Part shown: positions 63,413-64,000 of the stretch, in pieces
How the letters are laid out: each line of letters opens with the position of its first letter
Position numbering within the stretch: position 1 is the first letter of the stretch
Assembly (NCBI RefSeq): GCF_009914755.1
Contig: NC_060933.1
Direction: 5' to 3' (one strand)
From: the human T2T-CHM13v2.0 reference genome, Homo sapiens
DNA length: 64,000 nucleotides
Translations under genes and position numbers: made by a program
The notes under the pieces: model-generated
Database searches by the model: none
What the model was told of the DNA's origin: nothing
What the model saw: the letters and a program-made list of their open reading frames with translations, nothing else

Positions 63413-64000
63413 AACCAATAGCACCTAGTAGAAATGAGGAAAGTTTTTGAGAAAAGAATGTCAATTCCTTTCTCTCAAGACAAGTATTTTTATTCCTTTG
63501 CAGTTTTTAGAAAATTCATTGCTTCTCAAACACCATTCTTCAAGTATTTAAGTTAATACCAATCAGATTGAAAGGGATTCCAATGTAGAAAAGTAAACAG
63601 GAACATGGGACCCACAAGGAGTGTTTGTGCACAGTGAACGTAAAGGCTTGGGGTCAAAAGTTTCAGGAAATGCTTCAGCCTCCAAGCTCCTGGCCACCCA
63701 AGAGGCACAGCCTGGGAGAATCATGTCAGCATCATTATCCTGAAGCCACTGGCCTCGTTAACATTATTAGGGCCTGCTGGCATCTGAACCCAGGGAACTG
63801 ATTCAGTTATAGATGAACTAGTCTGAAAACATCCTCAATGAAGCATCTGTCCCTTTTGGTTTTTTTTCTTTAGGTGCCTTTAAAATTAGTGAGAAAATAG
63901 TCAGGCTGCTGTGTTAACCTCACACGTCAGGAGCATAGTTACATTTCCACATACTTATTGTTTTTCCAGAAGTTCAGAGAAAGGCACATGTTCATTAGTG

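Overview
This is a repeat-dense (by eye roughly three-quarters) primate non-coding window, almost certainly human because it carries a full-length SVA with young E/F-type diagnostics. I find no intact protein-coding gene, RNA gene or CRISPR array. The long ORFs in the track derive from L1, Alu, SVA, MaLR or low-complexity sequence. Main elements: (1) a full-length but disrupted L1PA (1426-7584) that lacks TSDs and keeps an open antisense ORF0; (2) a deeply nested minus-strand L1/Alu/LTR cluster (12-24.7 kb); (3) a complete MSTB LTR-int-LTR provirus inside an MLT1 LTR; (4) a 3.1 kb SVA with a perfect 17-bp TSD; (5) a near-full-length L1PB hosting an L1PA with a 3' transduction; (6) scattered LTR, DNA transposon, L2 and MIR fossils. 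I cannot support a new gene-level system. The most notable patterns readable directly from the sequence are: many templated-insertion scars, including two 45-47 bp segments copied from about 1.2 kb away and a perfect 54-bp fold-back palindrome; two independent L1 insertions at the same position of two different L1 hosts; nested retroelements truncated exactly at the homologous host position; and a few unverified exon and regulatory candidates in the unique islands. Subfamily names come from recalled consensus motifs, and boundaries of old repeats are approximate.
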